Virus record (IMG/VR): IMGVR_UViG_3300025732_000019
Strand: one strand, 5' to 3'
Source: a virus
Length of the DNA: 64,000 nt
The notes under the pieces were generated by a model. It saw nothing but the letters and a program-made list of their open reading frames with translations, made no database searches and was not told the DNA's origin. Positions 53,295-62,641 of this stretch are shown here, piece after piece. Position 1 is the stretch's first letter; every line of letters begins with the position of its first letter. The position numbers and the translations under genes were made by a program.

Positions 53295-54686
53295 ATGAAG
53301 AGTCTGCTACGACTCGTCGCGCTGACATTGGCGCTATGGATAGTGTATTCGCTACTCACGTTTGCAGCATCGACTGAACAGGTATTGCGCGAAACCATAA
53401 ATGGCATCGATGCGCGTTCAGCTATTGTCTTGAACGTGCAGACGGGTGATATTGTGTGGGAGCAGAATGCACACGCGGTATTTCCGATTGCGAGTCTGAC
53501 GAAATTGATGACCGCAGCAGTGGTGATCGACGAACAACTCCCGCTGGATCGGATGACGACGGTGACGGTCGCAGACGTCAAATCCGCTTCGGTTACGTAT
53601 TTGCGGCCGCGTGATACCGTCTCTGTAGAAACACTGATGTATCTCATGATGGTTGGCTCCGACAATGCGGCCGCACGTATTCTCGGTCGACTTGTCGCGC
53701 AAAACACGTGGCGGTTTAGTCAAAAAATGAATACCTTAGCGAATGCGTTGGGTATGGAACGTGCAACGTACGTAGAACCTTCCGGTCTTTTAAGCGGAAA
53801 TCAAGCGTCGGCCGCGGATCTGGTGCAACTGTTGGTTCACGTGCAGCGACAGAGCGAATCGTTTCTACACCACTTATTGAACACACGCATCTATCAAACG
53901 CGCATTGGAAAACGCACAGTTGTCGTCAGTAATACCAATCGGTATCTCAACGATCATTTTCTGGCAACAAAAACTGGATACACCGCCGCAGCCAAATATT
54001 GCCTTGCGTTCATGTTCACCGCAGAGAACGGGCAGCAATATGCTGTGGTGATTCTCGGCGCGCCGTCGAGTTTGACACGATTTGAGATTAGTCAGCAAGT
54101 GTACGATATCTTGAACGAGACAGAAACAGAATCCACCAACATCGATGCGTGTGGGTTTCAGCCGAAAGCGATCAGTGAATCCGGTAAGACATTTATTCGC
54201 AGATTTGAATCGTTGCGACTGACGCCCTACTACGATCATATTGGTTATGCAGTCGGATATGGTATGCACACGTGGCAAGGCCAATCCGTAACGCGACGAT
54301 TCCCGTTCGCAATTACGCCAATGGATGTCGAACAAGAGTTTGACGCACAATTGACGAAATACACACAGGTGGTGAAAAGCAGCGTGTGCGCACCATTGTC
54401 GCAACCGATGATGGATTCGCTCGTCAGTATTGCGTGGAACCTTGGTCGCGTCAATACATCGATTGTCAACAAGTTCGAACGAAATCGCCCGTTGACCGCG
54501 ATTGATTTCTTGACAACCGCCACAGTAAAACGCCGACAGACAGATGCACTCGTCAATCGTCGTTTGCGCGAATATCTGATGTTTACGGGCGATTACGATA
54601 CTGCATTGGAGCGCAATACGAATCACAGTCTTCGTGCCGCAGTCAAGGGATTGCGCGTGGAAGTATATGATAACTCAATGATGTGA
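53295..54686 (+). CDS. peptidase S11 (PBP7/D-Ala-D-Ala peptidase) fused to a GH24 lysozyme-like domain
   Basis: signal peptide; SLTK, SDN, KTG; then FIRRFE.LRL.PY.D....VGYG...AWNLG...RR..E. Confidence 0.85.
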   Translation: MKSLLRLVALTLALWIVYSLLTFAASTEQVLRETINGIDARSAIVLNVQTGDIVWEQNAHAVFPIASLTKLMTAAVVIDEQLPLDRMTTVTVADVKSASVTYLRPRDTVSVETLMYLMMVGSDNAAARILGRLVAQNTWRFSQKMNTLANALGMERATYVEPSGLLSGNQASAADLVQLLVHVQRQSESFLHHLLNTRIYQTRIGKRTVVVSNTNRYLNDHFLATKTGYTAAAKYCLAFMFTAENGQQYAVVILGAPSSLTRFEISQQVYDILNETETESTNIDACGFQPKAISESGKTFIRRFESLRLTPYYDHIGYAVGYGMHTWQGQSVTRRFPFAITPMDVEQEFDAQLTKYTQVVKSSVCAPLSQPMMDSLVSIAWNLGRVNTSIVNKFERNRPLTAIDFLTTATVKRRQTDALVNRRLREYLMFTGDYDTALERNTNHSLRAAVKGLRVEVYDNSMM

Positions 54687-54698
54687 GATAATGCGCAT

Positions 54699-55268
54699 AT
54701 GAATATTTTTGTTCTTGACGAAAATCCAAAAGTTGCCGCACAGATGCATTGTGATAAGCATGTGTGCAAGATGTCTATCGAATACGCACAGTTGCTTTCG
54801 ACAGCGCATCATATTCATAATACAGATATTGCGCAAACAGGCCATATCTACAAACCGACACATGCAAAGCATCCTGCGACATTGTGGGTATCCGCGCATC
54901 CATTGCACTATGCATGGGTCTTTGAACTCATGCGTGAAACGTGGAACGAATACACATATCGGTATCAGCGTGTGCATGCGTCAAGTCGTTTGCTGTCGGC
55001 ACTTCAGATTGTACCCAATATGGGAACGATTGAAATGCCAACAGCACCCCCTCAGTGTATGCCAAATGCGTGTAAGATATCCGGCAATTCTTGGCAAGCA
55101 ACGGCTACCGCATACCGGCAATATTATATGATCGAAAAACGTGCATTTGCCACGTGGAAGACACGCGAGATTCCCACGTGGTTTATGCCACAAAATTGTG
55201 TTGACTCATTACCCATGTCGCAGTATAATATTTCTCATGAAACGAAATTCTCGTCATTGGGCAGATAA
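54699..55268 (+). CDS. pyrimidine-dimer DNA glycosylase (DenV-like)
   Basis: MNIFVLD, HCDKHV.KM..EYAQLLSTAH, H..HP...W, AYR.YY. Confidence 0.88.
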   Translation: MNIFVLDENPKVAAQMHCDKHVCKMSIEYAQLLSTAHHIHNTDIAQTGHIYKPTHAKHPATLWVSAHPLHYAWVFELMRETWNEYTYRYQRVHASSRLLSALQIVPNMGTIEMPTAPPQCMPNACKISGNSWQATATAYRQYYMIEKRAFATWKTREIPTWFMPQNCVDSLPMSQYNISHETKFSSLGR

Positions 55269-55506
55269 ACTCACCGCTAAAGACATTCATCGCATCATCA
55301 AACACTTCGAAGAGTGTGAAGCGTATGCAAAACCGTTAGCAGATAAGAAACGGGAACTGTGGATAATTGCACAGAAACGTGCGGCGTACATGCAAGAATT
55401 TTGGCGCAATATGCTTGTTGTGCAGCAAAACAATGAATCTATCGTACCGCATCTTCGCACTCTGCGAAATATCACGTGGTGCGCTGACGAACGTACGGAA
55501 TCGTGA
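55237..55506 (+). CDS. hypothetical protein, leaderless
   Basis: TTGACT 55201 and TATAAT 55224, then ATG. Confidence 0.6.
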   Translation: MKRNSRHWADKLTAKDIHRIIKHFEECEAYAKPLADKKRELWIIAQKRAAYMQEFWRNMLVVQQNNESIVPHLRTLRNITWCADERTES

Positions 55507-55535
55507 GCAGCAACGTGGAATTAATGACGAATAAC

Positions 55536-55620
55536 GGAGAGGAGCCCAACGGTCGGGAAGCAGTCTTGAAAACTGTCGCCGGTAATACGGTAGCAGGTTC
55601 GAATCCTGTCCTCTCCGCCA
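55536..55620 (+). tRNA. tRNA-Ser(TGA)
   Basis: GGAGAGG/CCTCTCC; loop CTTGAAA; long variable arm; GCCA. Confidence 0.93.
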
Positions 55621-55636
55621 TTTTCATGAGGAATAT

Positions 55637-56146
55637 ATGAGTCTACGCAAACCCATTGCATTTAGTTCATTCGGTGGGTATCGTCGATTTACGCGATATT
55701 GGTGGAATGATATTTTTTGGTATCTGACGGGAATAACATTCTATTCATTTGAATGGACATTTGATTATGGTCTGCCAGGATGGTGCCGAGATATTCATGC
55801 ATATTGGCATCGTGCACGATATGGCTGGGCACCACGAGATACGTGGAGCCTCGATGGGTATCTTAATCAAACATTGGCAGGGTCATTAGAATATTTGTCG
55901 GAACATACGCATGGATGCCCCGCCGCATATATCTCCGCAGAAGAGTCTGTTGACGCGGATTGTGATCGATGGGAGGCGGATCTTCGTCGGTGGGCGTTAG
56001 CATTCAGTGAAGACCCGCAGGATGTGGATATTTTTGATGCCGAACACGGATATGCTCGGCACAATGCGGAAGAAAAGCGCCGGCGGCATAACCTGCATCA
56101 GGCGCTAAAAGAAATTGAACCAATGTGGGAGGCATTATGGGATTAG
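55637..56146 (+). CDS. hypothetical phage protein
   Basis: D.WSLD...G.P...LWD motif. Confidence 0.75.
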   Translation: MSLRKPIAFSSFGGYRRFTRYWWNDIFWYLTGITFYSFEWTFDYGLPGWCRDIHAYWHRARYGWAPRDTWSLDGYLNQTLAGSLEYLSEHTHGCPAAYISAEESVDADCDRWEADLRRWALAFSEDPQDVDIFDAEHGYARHNAEEKRRRHNLHQALKEIEPMWEALWD

Positions 56147-56409
56147 CAAAAAAGAAACTGTATCTCATTGAAACTACGTCGTCATTTCGACTTCGCTATC
56201 TCGTCGAAGCCGACTCTATGCAAGCCGCTGAAGATGAGGTAACGTCTGAACGTGCTGTAGAATGGCAGCAGAAACATCTTGGTGAATCGATTGATGGTGT
56301 CGAGGTTGTCACCCTGCGTCAACTGAAGACGGGCCGATATCACAAGGATAATAAGACGGATGGGTCGCATTGGGTGCCGGTTGAACGATTCATTCACAAA
56401 GGAAAGTAG
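56137..56409 (+). CDS. hypothetical phage protein
   Basis: YL.ET...FR..Y.VEA...Q.HLGE. Confidence 0.75.
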   Translation: MGLAKKKLYLIETTSSFRLRYLVEADSMQAAEDEVTSERAVEWQQKHLGESIDGVEVVTLRQLKTGRYHKDNKTDGSHWVPVERFIHKGK

Positions 56410-56410
56410 T

Positions 56411-56728
56411 ATGAGTCGGCCAAACCTTGAACTTGATCTTCTTCGCAATATCGCACTCTGCGAACGAGTGCAGACTGACCGCGAATTTGCCAAATCGCTC
56501 TATGCGGCGTTGTGTAATATTGAGTTTCACCATCCTGAGTTGGATGAGCCGTGGGGTTGTACGTGGCGCTATGCGGGTGGGATTGTAGCCGATATGGAAA
56601 ATAACGGCGGCGACTATATAGATTATTACTGCTCAGGCAACGAAGGTCATGTCACCGAGGAACTCCGCAGCATTTTTATGGAGATGGGGTGGGATCCTCA
56701 GCCATATCCCAAGATGAGCAACCAGTAA
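56411..56728 (+). CDS. conserved phage protein
   Basis: LYAALCN...WR.AGGIVAD....DYIDYYCSG.EG. Confidence 0.8.
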   Translation: MSRPNLELDLLRNIALCERVQTDREFAKSLYAALCNIEFHHPELDEPWGCTWRYAGGIVADMENNGGDYIDYYCSGNEGHVTEELRSIFMEMGWDPQPYPKMSNQ

Positions 56729-56732
56729 GCCT

Positions 56733-56975
56733 ATGCGTACATACGCACAAGAACTGGCCAGCGTCGTGCAGCAAGAACTACTTCCCCGACTAAAACGTTT
56801 GGGTGTAACGATTGATGGCTCTCCAATTACGCACGAAGATATGGCATTTTTAGTACATGCCAAGTTGCGCGGAGAGTTATCCCATCGGCAGCTTCGTACG
56901 ATCATGGACGCAATGTGCGATCCAGAATTTCCCACGTTCGTGTCCAAAATGGAGACATCTGATCATGAGCAATAA
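56733..56975 (+). CDS. hypothetical protein
   Basis: ORF packing. Confidence 0.6.
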   Translation: MRTYAQELASVVQQELLPRLKRLGVTIDGSPITHEDMAFLVHAKLRGELSHRQLRTIMDAMCDPEFPTFVSKMETSDHEQ

Positions 56976-57267
56976 TAATCTTTATATCGTGCCCGAACAA
57001 AAAAAATCTTCTGAAACACAAACGCCATCCTCAGAAACACTGGTGATCGATACGTCGCCAAGCCGTGCGGCAGATCAGCCTGCGATTGAGACGCAGGAAG
57101 AGCGATTGCGCCGAGCAGAAGTGGCGGCTGCCAACATGCAGTATCTGCGACGAATGGTCGAACTTGCAGAACGGCAAGAACGTCGTGTCGTCATGAAGCA
57201 GAAGCGTAAAGCGAAGAACCGAGCCAAGAATAAAGTCGCTCGTCAGTCGCGCAAGCGTAATCGCTAA
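56965..57267 (+). CDS. hypothetical protein with basic tail
   Basis: R.KNKVARQSRKRNR end. Confidence 0.7.
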   Translation: MSNNNLYIVPEQKKSSETQTPSSETLVIDTSPSRAADQPAIETQEERLRRAEVAAANMQYLRRMVELAERQERRVVMKQKRKAKNRAKNKVARQSRKRNR

Positions 57268-57283
57268 TACCTTACTAATCAAC

Positions 57284-57369
57284 GGGGGCGTGGCGTAATG
57301 GCAGCCGCGGAAGCCTTAAGAGCTTTTGTTCGCAAGAACGTGGGGGTTCGAGTCCCTCCGCCCCTACCA
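57284..57369 (+). tRNA. tRNA-Leu(TAA)
   Basis: GGGGGCG/CGCCCCT; loop CTTAAGA; variable arm GTTC-GCAA-GAAC; ACCA. Confidence 0.93.
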
Positions 57370-57381
57370 CCATTTTTCATC

Positions 57382-57455
57382 GGGGTTGTAGTTCAGTTGG
57401 TTAGAACGCAGCACTGTCACTGCTGAGGCCGCGAGTCCAGTCGCGGGCACCACCG
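57382..57455 (+). pseudogene. degenerate tRNA-Asp(GTC)
   Basis: perfect D and anticodon arms (CAGCA-CTGTCAC-TGCTG) but no TTCG loop, proper 3' acceptor strand or CCA. Confidence 0.8.
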
Positions 57456-57461
57456 TCGTAG

Positions 57462-57510
57462 CGTCTCAGATATGAAACCGTAACATACATAGTGTCTCAT
57501 ATCTGAGACG
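57462..57510. repeat. 14-bp perfect inverted repeat with 21-nt spacer
   Basis: CGTCTCAGATATGA...TCATATCTGAGACG. Confidence 0.85.
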
Positions 57511-57587
57511 TTAGTATTCAATGTCATACATTTACGTCATTTTCAAACTCCTATATAGTATCAGTAACCTTTTTCATGGAGTTTGAC

Positions 57588-58502
57588 ATGGCGTTATCTG
57601 TTCGTGAACAATCGTTCTTGCTCGTTGCGGCCGTTGCTCTCGGTATTACACTCGGTGTTCTTGTGCGCCCTGCACCGTCAGGTTCAGATCTGAATGTCAC
57701 ATTAGCGCATCCAGCCCCAAACGTTGCCACACTACAAGTGCCTGTGCCTGTCGTCACCGAAAAAGTGGTGAAAGAGTACGTGCGTGTGGAAGACCGCGCG
57801 GCGCTGACGGCATTGATCGAAGAAAACCGAAAACTCAAAGTGCAGGTGCAAGAACTAAGCGTCACCGTGGCCGAATATCGCAGCGCAGGCACCGGCACTG
57901 CGACGGTGACACCGGCGACACCTGCGTCAGTAGAACCGGAACCCGTGCATGCGGAGTTTAAGGATTGGCGACTGGCATTTACATTGAATGGCACCGATGC
58001 TAACTACACGTTGACACAGAAGTTTGTCATTCTCAACACCGTAGGAAAGAACAAGAAGAATGTGCCAACGCAACTCATTCGATTGTATGAGGTGGGCCCC
58101 GATGAGCAGCGAACCCCCATTCCAACGGTCGAAACCACCACTATTGCCGCAACCGAAAATCTTCCCCATACGTTTTCACATATTACGGTACAAGCGGGGT
58201 TAGGTGCAACATTTTCGACGACAGGAACCACATCTTCGACACGTGCAGGAGTCGTGGCCGTCACGTGGTTACAACGAGGTCGTTCTATTGCTACGGCAGA
58301 CACTCGTTGGTCGTACCTTGCGCCAGCCGTGGCGCTGACGAACACCGAGAAGATTATTGGTATTGTTCCCATTGCGTTCAATCTTGGTAGCCTACCCAAA
58401 CAGCCATTTACCAATGTCTGGATCTCTCCGTTTGTTGGAACCACAGATATTGCTATTCCGCGAGTGACGCGATTCGGAATATTTGGAACAGCAACATTTT
58501 AG
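57588..58502 (+). CDS. membrane-anchored/secreted hypothetical protein
   Basis: N-terminal TM, coiled coil, beta-rich C-terminus ending in F. Confidence 0.7.
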   Translation: MALSVREQSFLLVAAVALGITLGVLVRPAPSGSDLNVTLAHPAPNVATLQVPVPVVTEKVVKEYVRVEDRAALTALIEENRKLKVQVQELSVTVAEYRSAGTGTATVTPATPASVEPEPVHAEFKDWRLAFTLNGTDANYTLTQKFVILNTVGKNKKNVPTQLIRLYEVGPDEQRTPIPTVETTTIAATENLPHTFSHITVQAGLGATFSTTGTTSSTRAGVVAVTWLQRGRSIATADTRWSYLAPAVALTNTEKIIGIVPIAFNLGSLPKQPFTNVWISPFVGTTDIAIPRVTRFGIFGTATF

Positions 58503-58540
58503 GTTGACGTGCGCATCAACAGATCGTATAATATACAACT

Positions 58541-58936
58541 ATGAAGTCAAACACATCATCTCAACCGGCATGGTGTTGCCTTACGTGCGGCACTAAGTTT
58601 GGACGCTGGTACGTATCGGGCACATATACCGGCCCTGTTGGGCACCTCGCAACATGGCATCCCGGTACCTGCGGCGTCTGTGGCTATGGACGTGAGGTTA
58701 CGGAACCTCGCGACTTCGGATACCTCATTCCTGCATGGAACAAAAACCTTCACTTCCGCCTTCGGCCAAGAGCAAACAAACTCTCCAAGTTTGGCAAGCT
58801 ACCTCGCAAAGCTGCTAAAGCCCACGAAACACGCAGAAAAAACAAAGCTCGAAAGCGTATGCTCAAAAAGATTGATGATGCGGTTCGTGCACGGCATAAT
58901 GCGTTTGACCCGACGCCGCGCCTACGAAAAGCGTAA
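58541..58936 (+). CDS. Cys-rich basic hypothetical protein
   Basis: TTGACG/TATAAT promoter; C..CG...H.G.C.VCG...TEPRDFG. Confidence 0.7.
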   Translation: MKSNTSSQPAWCCLTCGTKFGRWYVSGTYTGPVGHLATWHPGTCGVCGYGREVTEPRDFGYLIPAWNKNLHFRLRPRANKLSKFGKLPRKAAKAHETRRKNKARKRMLKKIDDAVRARHNAFDPTPRLRKA

Positions 58937-58992
58937 GTGCGCTACAATATACGTTGTCACGTCTGTTTGATACATAGTTGAGGTAATACACA

Positions 58993-59184
58993 ATGCCACG
59001 ATGGGATTTTCAATGTGAACAGTGCCGGTGCGTTATGGAGATCAGTTTTTCGTCATACGCTGCATCGGAAACGGCCACATGCCCGACGTGTCACTCTCCC
59101 CTTCGACGTCTTCCGAGCACCGCAGTTTTTACCATTCATGGATACAACGCAAAAAACCTCTATTCGATCAAAGGAAAATCATGA
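58993..59184 (+). CDS. FmdB-family zinc ribbon protein
   Basis: MP.WDF.C..C...CP.C. Confidence 0.85.
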   Translation: MPRWDFQCEQCRCVMEISFSSYAASETATCPTCHSPLRRLPSTAVFTIHGYNAKNLYSIKGKS

Positions 59185-60131
59185 GCACAAACGCTAAAGG
59201 CGGCACAGAACTGATCTGCGCCAATCTTCACGCAGCACTTCCGGAATTAACCAGTCAGGTGCAGATCATCATGTCGCGCCCAGAACAGGTGACGCTAGAA
59301 GACAAACCGCGTATTCTGTGGTTGCAAGATCTACCACAAGACCCTGCTAGTGCATGCCTTCGCGATAAATCGTATCGCACACAGTTCAATCGTATTGTGT
59401 TCTGCTCACATTGGCAGCAACAGCAGTATCAACAGTATTTGGGCATTCCGTATGCAGAAGGCGTTGTCATCAAGAATGCGGTGCCGTTTCGTGAAGCGCA
59501 GTTTCCAAAGCCGCGCACGGAGAACAAGCTCAAGTTTATCTACACTTCGACGCCACATCGTGGATTAGCGGTTCTTGCGGCGGCCGCAGAAGCCCTCTCC
59601 AAGATTCGTCAGGATTGGGAACTGCATGTCTACTCCTCATTCAAGATCTACGGATGGGAAGGAGCGGATGCCCAGTTTGAACCACTCTACACGTTGCTGA
59701 AGAATAATCCCTGCGTCGTCTATCACGGCACACAGCCGAATGATGTCGTGCGTGACGCGTTGCAGTCATCTCATGTGTTTGTCTATCCGTCAATCTATGC
59801 GGAAACCTCATGCATGGCGATTCAGGAAGCCCTCATGTCTGGCTGTCTCGCGATCACCTCAAACTTTGGTGCGCTGCCAGAAACGTGCGCAGAGTGGGCA
59901 TGGATGTTCCCGTTCGACGAACGGCCGGAACTCATGATTCATCGCACGTTAGCTGGCATGCAGCGCGCCTTGGAATCTTACGATGAACCGCTGATGCAGG
60001 AACAACTGCGTGTGCAGAGTCTCTACTATCAGCAGTTCTATGCGTTTGAAGGCCGAGTGCCGACATGGAAGCGATTGCTGGAAATGGTCATTGAAGAAGG
60101 CACGCCGGTGCAGAAGCTGGTTATTGAATAA
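59181..60131 (+). CDS. GT-B fold glycosyltransferase
   Basis: GGTE, YTSTPHRGL, YPS.Y.ETSC...EA, GALPET. Confidence 0.9.
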   Translation: MSTNAKGGTELICANLHAALPELTSQVQIIMSRPEQVTLEDKPRILWLQDLPQDPASACLRDKSYRTQFNRIVFCSHWQQQQYQQYLGIPYAEGVVIKNAVPFREAQFPKPRTENKLKFIYTSTPHRGLAVLAAAAEALSKIRQDWELHVYSSFKIYGWEGADAQFEPLYTLLKNNPCVVYHGTQPNDVVRDALQSSHVFVYPSIYAETSCMAIQEALMSGCLAITSNFGALPETCAEWAWMFPFDERPELMIHRTLAGMQRALESYDEPLMQEQLRVQSLYYQQFYAFEGRVPTWKRLLEMVIEEGTPVQKLVIE

Positions 60132-60376
60132 TGGCGCGAGTGATTCCCTTTCCGACGCCGGAGTCAACACCAAACACCACAAATGTGGTGTTGACACGCG
60201 ATGATCACAAAGAACGTCTTATTTCGGAAACGTCATTCTATTGTAAGCGATTGCTAGGATTTTATCGGTCAACCGGATTGTGGCACGACAAATGTAATCG
60301 CCCGATGGGCATGGCGATTCATTCGCTACAAGATGTCTGTAATCTCATGTTGGAGCAAGCACATGTTAAAGAATAA
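60131..60376 (+). CDS. hypothetical protein
   Basis: VIPFP motif; coupled start. Confidence 0.65.
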   Translation: MARVIPFPTPESTPNTTNVVLTRDDHKERLISETSFYCKRLLGFYRSTGLWHDKCNRPMGMAIHSLQDVCNLMLEQAHVKE

Positions 60377-60815
60377 AAACTTGGGTGAAGTCTTCGAACG
60401 TCAGCAGAAGTTGGTCAAAATTCCCGACAAAGTGGACAACTTACGGCAAAACGATACTCCCGGCATGCGCTACATTTTGCAATTAGCGCATGCTGATGTA
60501 AAATGGTTGTTACCAGAAGGTGCACCACCGTACAAAGCGGATCCGGGCACACATGGATTGACGCCATCGAACTTGTTTCGCGAACTACGAACGCTCTATT
60601 TGTTTCTCGACGGAGGCAATCCAACACTGACACGCTTGCGTCGTGAACAACTGTTTGTGCAACTACTTGAACGTGTACATGTGTCTGAAGCAGAAATGTT
60701 GATTGCCTTGAAAGATAAGAAGTTTGTCAACAAGTATCGATGCCCTAAAAACGTGGTGGAAGAGGCGTTTCCGCAGTTGCTAGAACAACCATTTCAAATT
60801 CGGTTTATTCGGTAG
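60363..60815 (+). CDS. conserved T4-like protein
   Basis: LPEG.PPY...RRE.LF.QLLE..H..EA. Confidence 0.85.
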   Translation: MLKNKNLGEVFERQQKLVKIPDKVDNLRQNDTPGMRYILQLAHADVKWLLPEGAPPYKADPGTHGLTPSNLFRELRTLYLFLDGGNPTLTRLRREQLFVQLLERVHVSEAEMLIALKDKKFVNKYRCPKNVVEEAFPQLLEQPFQIRFIR

Positions 60816-60830
60816 GAGAGGAACATCGTC

Positions 60831-61031
60831 ATGTCGAGAAGTTGGCAAGGAAAATACCGTGCTCGGGATTCCAAGAAAGTACAGAAGTCAAAGCGCAAAC
60901 GAGAACCCAATGCCTACGACAGCAAGATTGTCAAACCGCCAACAAAAACTGAACTACGTAATACTTTGCAGCATGCTATCTTGACGCAAGACCATGAAGC
61001 ATTTGAAGATTACGATGAATGGGAGTTCTAA
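60831..61031 (+). CDS. small hypothetical protein
   Basis: AGGAG RBS. Confidence 0.65.
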   Translation: MSRSWQGKYRARDSKKVQKSKRKREPNAYDSKIVKPPTKTELRNTLQHAILTQDHEAFEDYDEWEF

Positions 61032-61034
61032 TCG

Positions 61035-61373
61035 ATGAATACCAATGATGACATGCCAACGCCAGATATTTCGAGTGTGGTGCAGTCTGTTATTGCGAAA
61101 AACTTGAACCTTGAGTATGAACGCGTGATTTCCCCATCGCGTCTTATTAACACCGTGATAGGAAGTCTGTGCTTTTTCAGTAGTGTGCGCGCCCTGTCAC
61201 AGGGTACAACCCCAACAGATTTTGTCATTGGTGCGATCGCCGCTGCCGGTTTTTTGCGAGTAGTGGTCGGCCCGATTACTATAGTACAGTTGACTCATGC
61301 ATCGTCTGTTCGCTTCGAGCAATGGTTGATGGAAGAAGACGCGAAAGACGATACGGAGAATAATGATGCCTAA
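61035..61373 (+). CDS. two-TM membrane protein
   Basis: hydrophobic segments. Confidence 0.6.
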   Translation: MNTNDDMPTPDISSVVQSVIAKNLNLEYERVISPSRLINTVIGSLCFFSSVRALSQGTTPTDFVIGAIAAAGFLRVVVGPITIVQLTHASSVRFEQWLMEEDAKDDTENNDA

Positions 61374-61623
61374 TTATGATTTTCAATGCACCTCATGCGG
61401 CTTTACCGTCACCGATATGCAGTTGACAATTGCGAACCGCGACTATCCCACCACGCAGCCGTGCCCGCAGTGCAACGAACTCGGTTCAATTGAGCGGTGT
61501 GCATCCGCGCCCGGTGTGGGGTACACCATCAATCGCGGCGGATTGAAGACGCCTGAAGCGTTCAAAGACATTTTGCGCGACATTAAGAAACGGCACCGTC
61601 GCTCGACCATCAACATCGACTAA
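61366..61623 (+). CDS. FmdB-family zinc ribbon protein
   Basis: MP.YDF.C..C...CPQC...F.D.L..IKK. Confidence 0.85.
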   Translation: MPNYDFQCTSCGFTVTDMQLTIANRDYPTTQPCPQCNELGSIERCASAPGVGYTINRGGLKTPEAFKDILRDIKKRHRRSTINID

Positions 61624-61627
61624 CATC

Positions 61628-62305
61628 ATGTTTCATCACTATCCTCCACTGTCGCTTCCGACATTGGAGCAGATGAATCTGAAAACCGGTCGCGTTTATC
61701 ACGTGCTCAACGGTGCAGACTCCGGCGTGCATTATCCGTCTATCACACGGGTACTCGGTGCAAAACCCAAACCGCAATTGGAAGCGTGGAAACGGCGCGT
61801 GGGCCATCAAGAAGCACAACGCGTCTCACAAGCTGCGTCTGGGCGTGGTAAGAAACTGCATGCGCTGGTTGAGGAATACGTCGGTAATCATCCCATTGGC
61901 ACAATTGAACCCCACGTCAATGAACTGTGGCAGCATCTATCGCCATGGCTCGATGCGCATATCACGGGTGTCTACGGTCAGGAATGCGATCTCTATTCAC
62001 GCAAACTCGCAGTTGCGGGTCGTACCGACATGATTGCCACCGTTGATGGTGCATTGGCGATTGTCGATTTTAAGCAAGCGAATCGGCCGAAACGCCCCGA
62101 ATATGTTGGCGACTATTACCTTCAAGGTACGTTCTACAGTCTTGCTTTGTATGAACTAACAGGAATGCAAGCAAAACATATTGTTATTCCAGTAGCTTCG
62201 CCAGAAGGATTGCAAGTTTTTGTCACACAACCGAAGCTTCATTACCAAGAACTTTTCAAGCGAATCAAGGATTTTTACATTGATCTGGAGATGCGAAGCG
62301 ATTAG
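61628..62305 (+). CDS. PD-(D/E)xK exonuclease (T4-like)
   Basis: YPSIT, W..RVG, RG...H, AGR.D, IVDFK, Q...Y. Confidence 0.9.
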   Translation: MFHHYPPLSLPTLEQMNLKTGRVYHVLNGADSGVHYPSITRVLGAKPKPQLEAWKRRVGHQEAQRVSQAASGRGKKLHALVEEYVGNHPIGTIEPHVNELWQHLSPWLDAHITGVYGQECDLYSRKLAVAGRTDMIATVDGALAIVDFKQANRPKRPEYVGDYYLQGTFYSLALYELTGMQAKHIVIPVASPEGLQVFVTQPKLHYQELFKRIKDFYIDLEMRSD

Positions 62306-62322
62306 TGTGGTATAATAGATAC

Positions 62323-62580
62323 TAAATGTAGTCAATGAAGTAATCGAGACATGTTTTGGACGCGGCTTCGATGCCGCCACCTCCACCAATAAACCTATGG
62401 GGGGTGAAAGGTTTCGACAGAGCAGAGTTGAGGTTATGGAGACTACCGACACGTCGCTGTCGTTAAACAGAGACACACAGAACTGACAACCAGTTCTCAT
62501 TCGCAGCCTGAACGCTGCTTCTGCTTATGATAAACATAAGCGCGGTCTTGGCGTCGTACCGGGCAACAGAAAGCACGCCA
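62323..62580 (+). ncRNA. ssrA: circularly permuted (two-piece) tmRNA
   Basis: acceptor piece ending CACCTCCACCA (62388) precedes GGGGGTG...TTCGAC (62400); G3:U70; tag (A)DNQFSFAA* 62485-62511; TGTGGTATAAT promoter. Confidence 0.9.
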
Positions 62581-62609
62581 TAGTCGTAAGTAGGGGAAAC
62601 GCTATTTAC

Positions 62610-62641
62610 CAGCACGCCGGCTCTGCTGACAACAACCCGGC
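62610..62641 (+). promoter_or_regulatory. H-type pseudoknot upstream of gene 33
   Basis: CAGCA/TGCTG crossed with GCCGG/CCGGC; A/C-rich loop ACAACAAC. Confidence 0.6.

Noticed and set aside
61628-62305. Cas4 / CRISPR adaptation gene
   Set aside because: Lacks the four-Cys Fe-S pattern; it is the usual T4-like exonuclease in its usual position.
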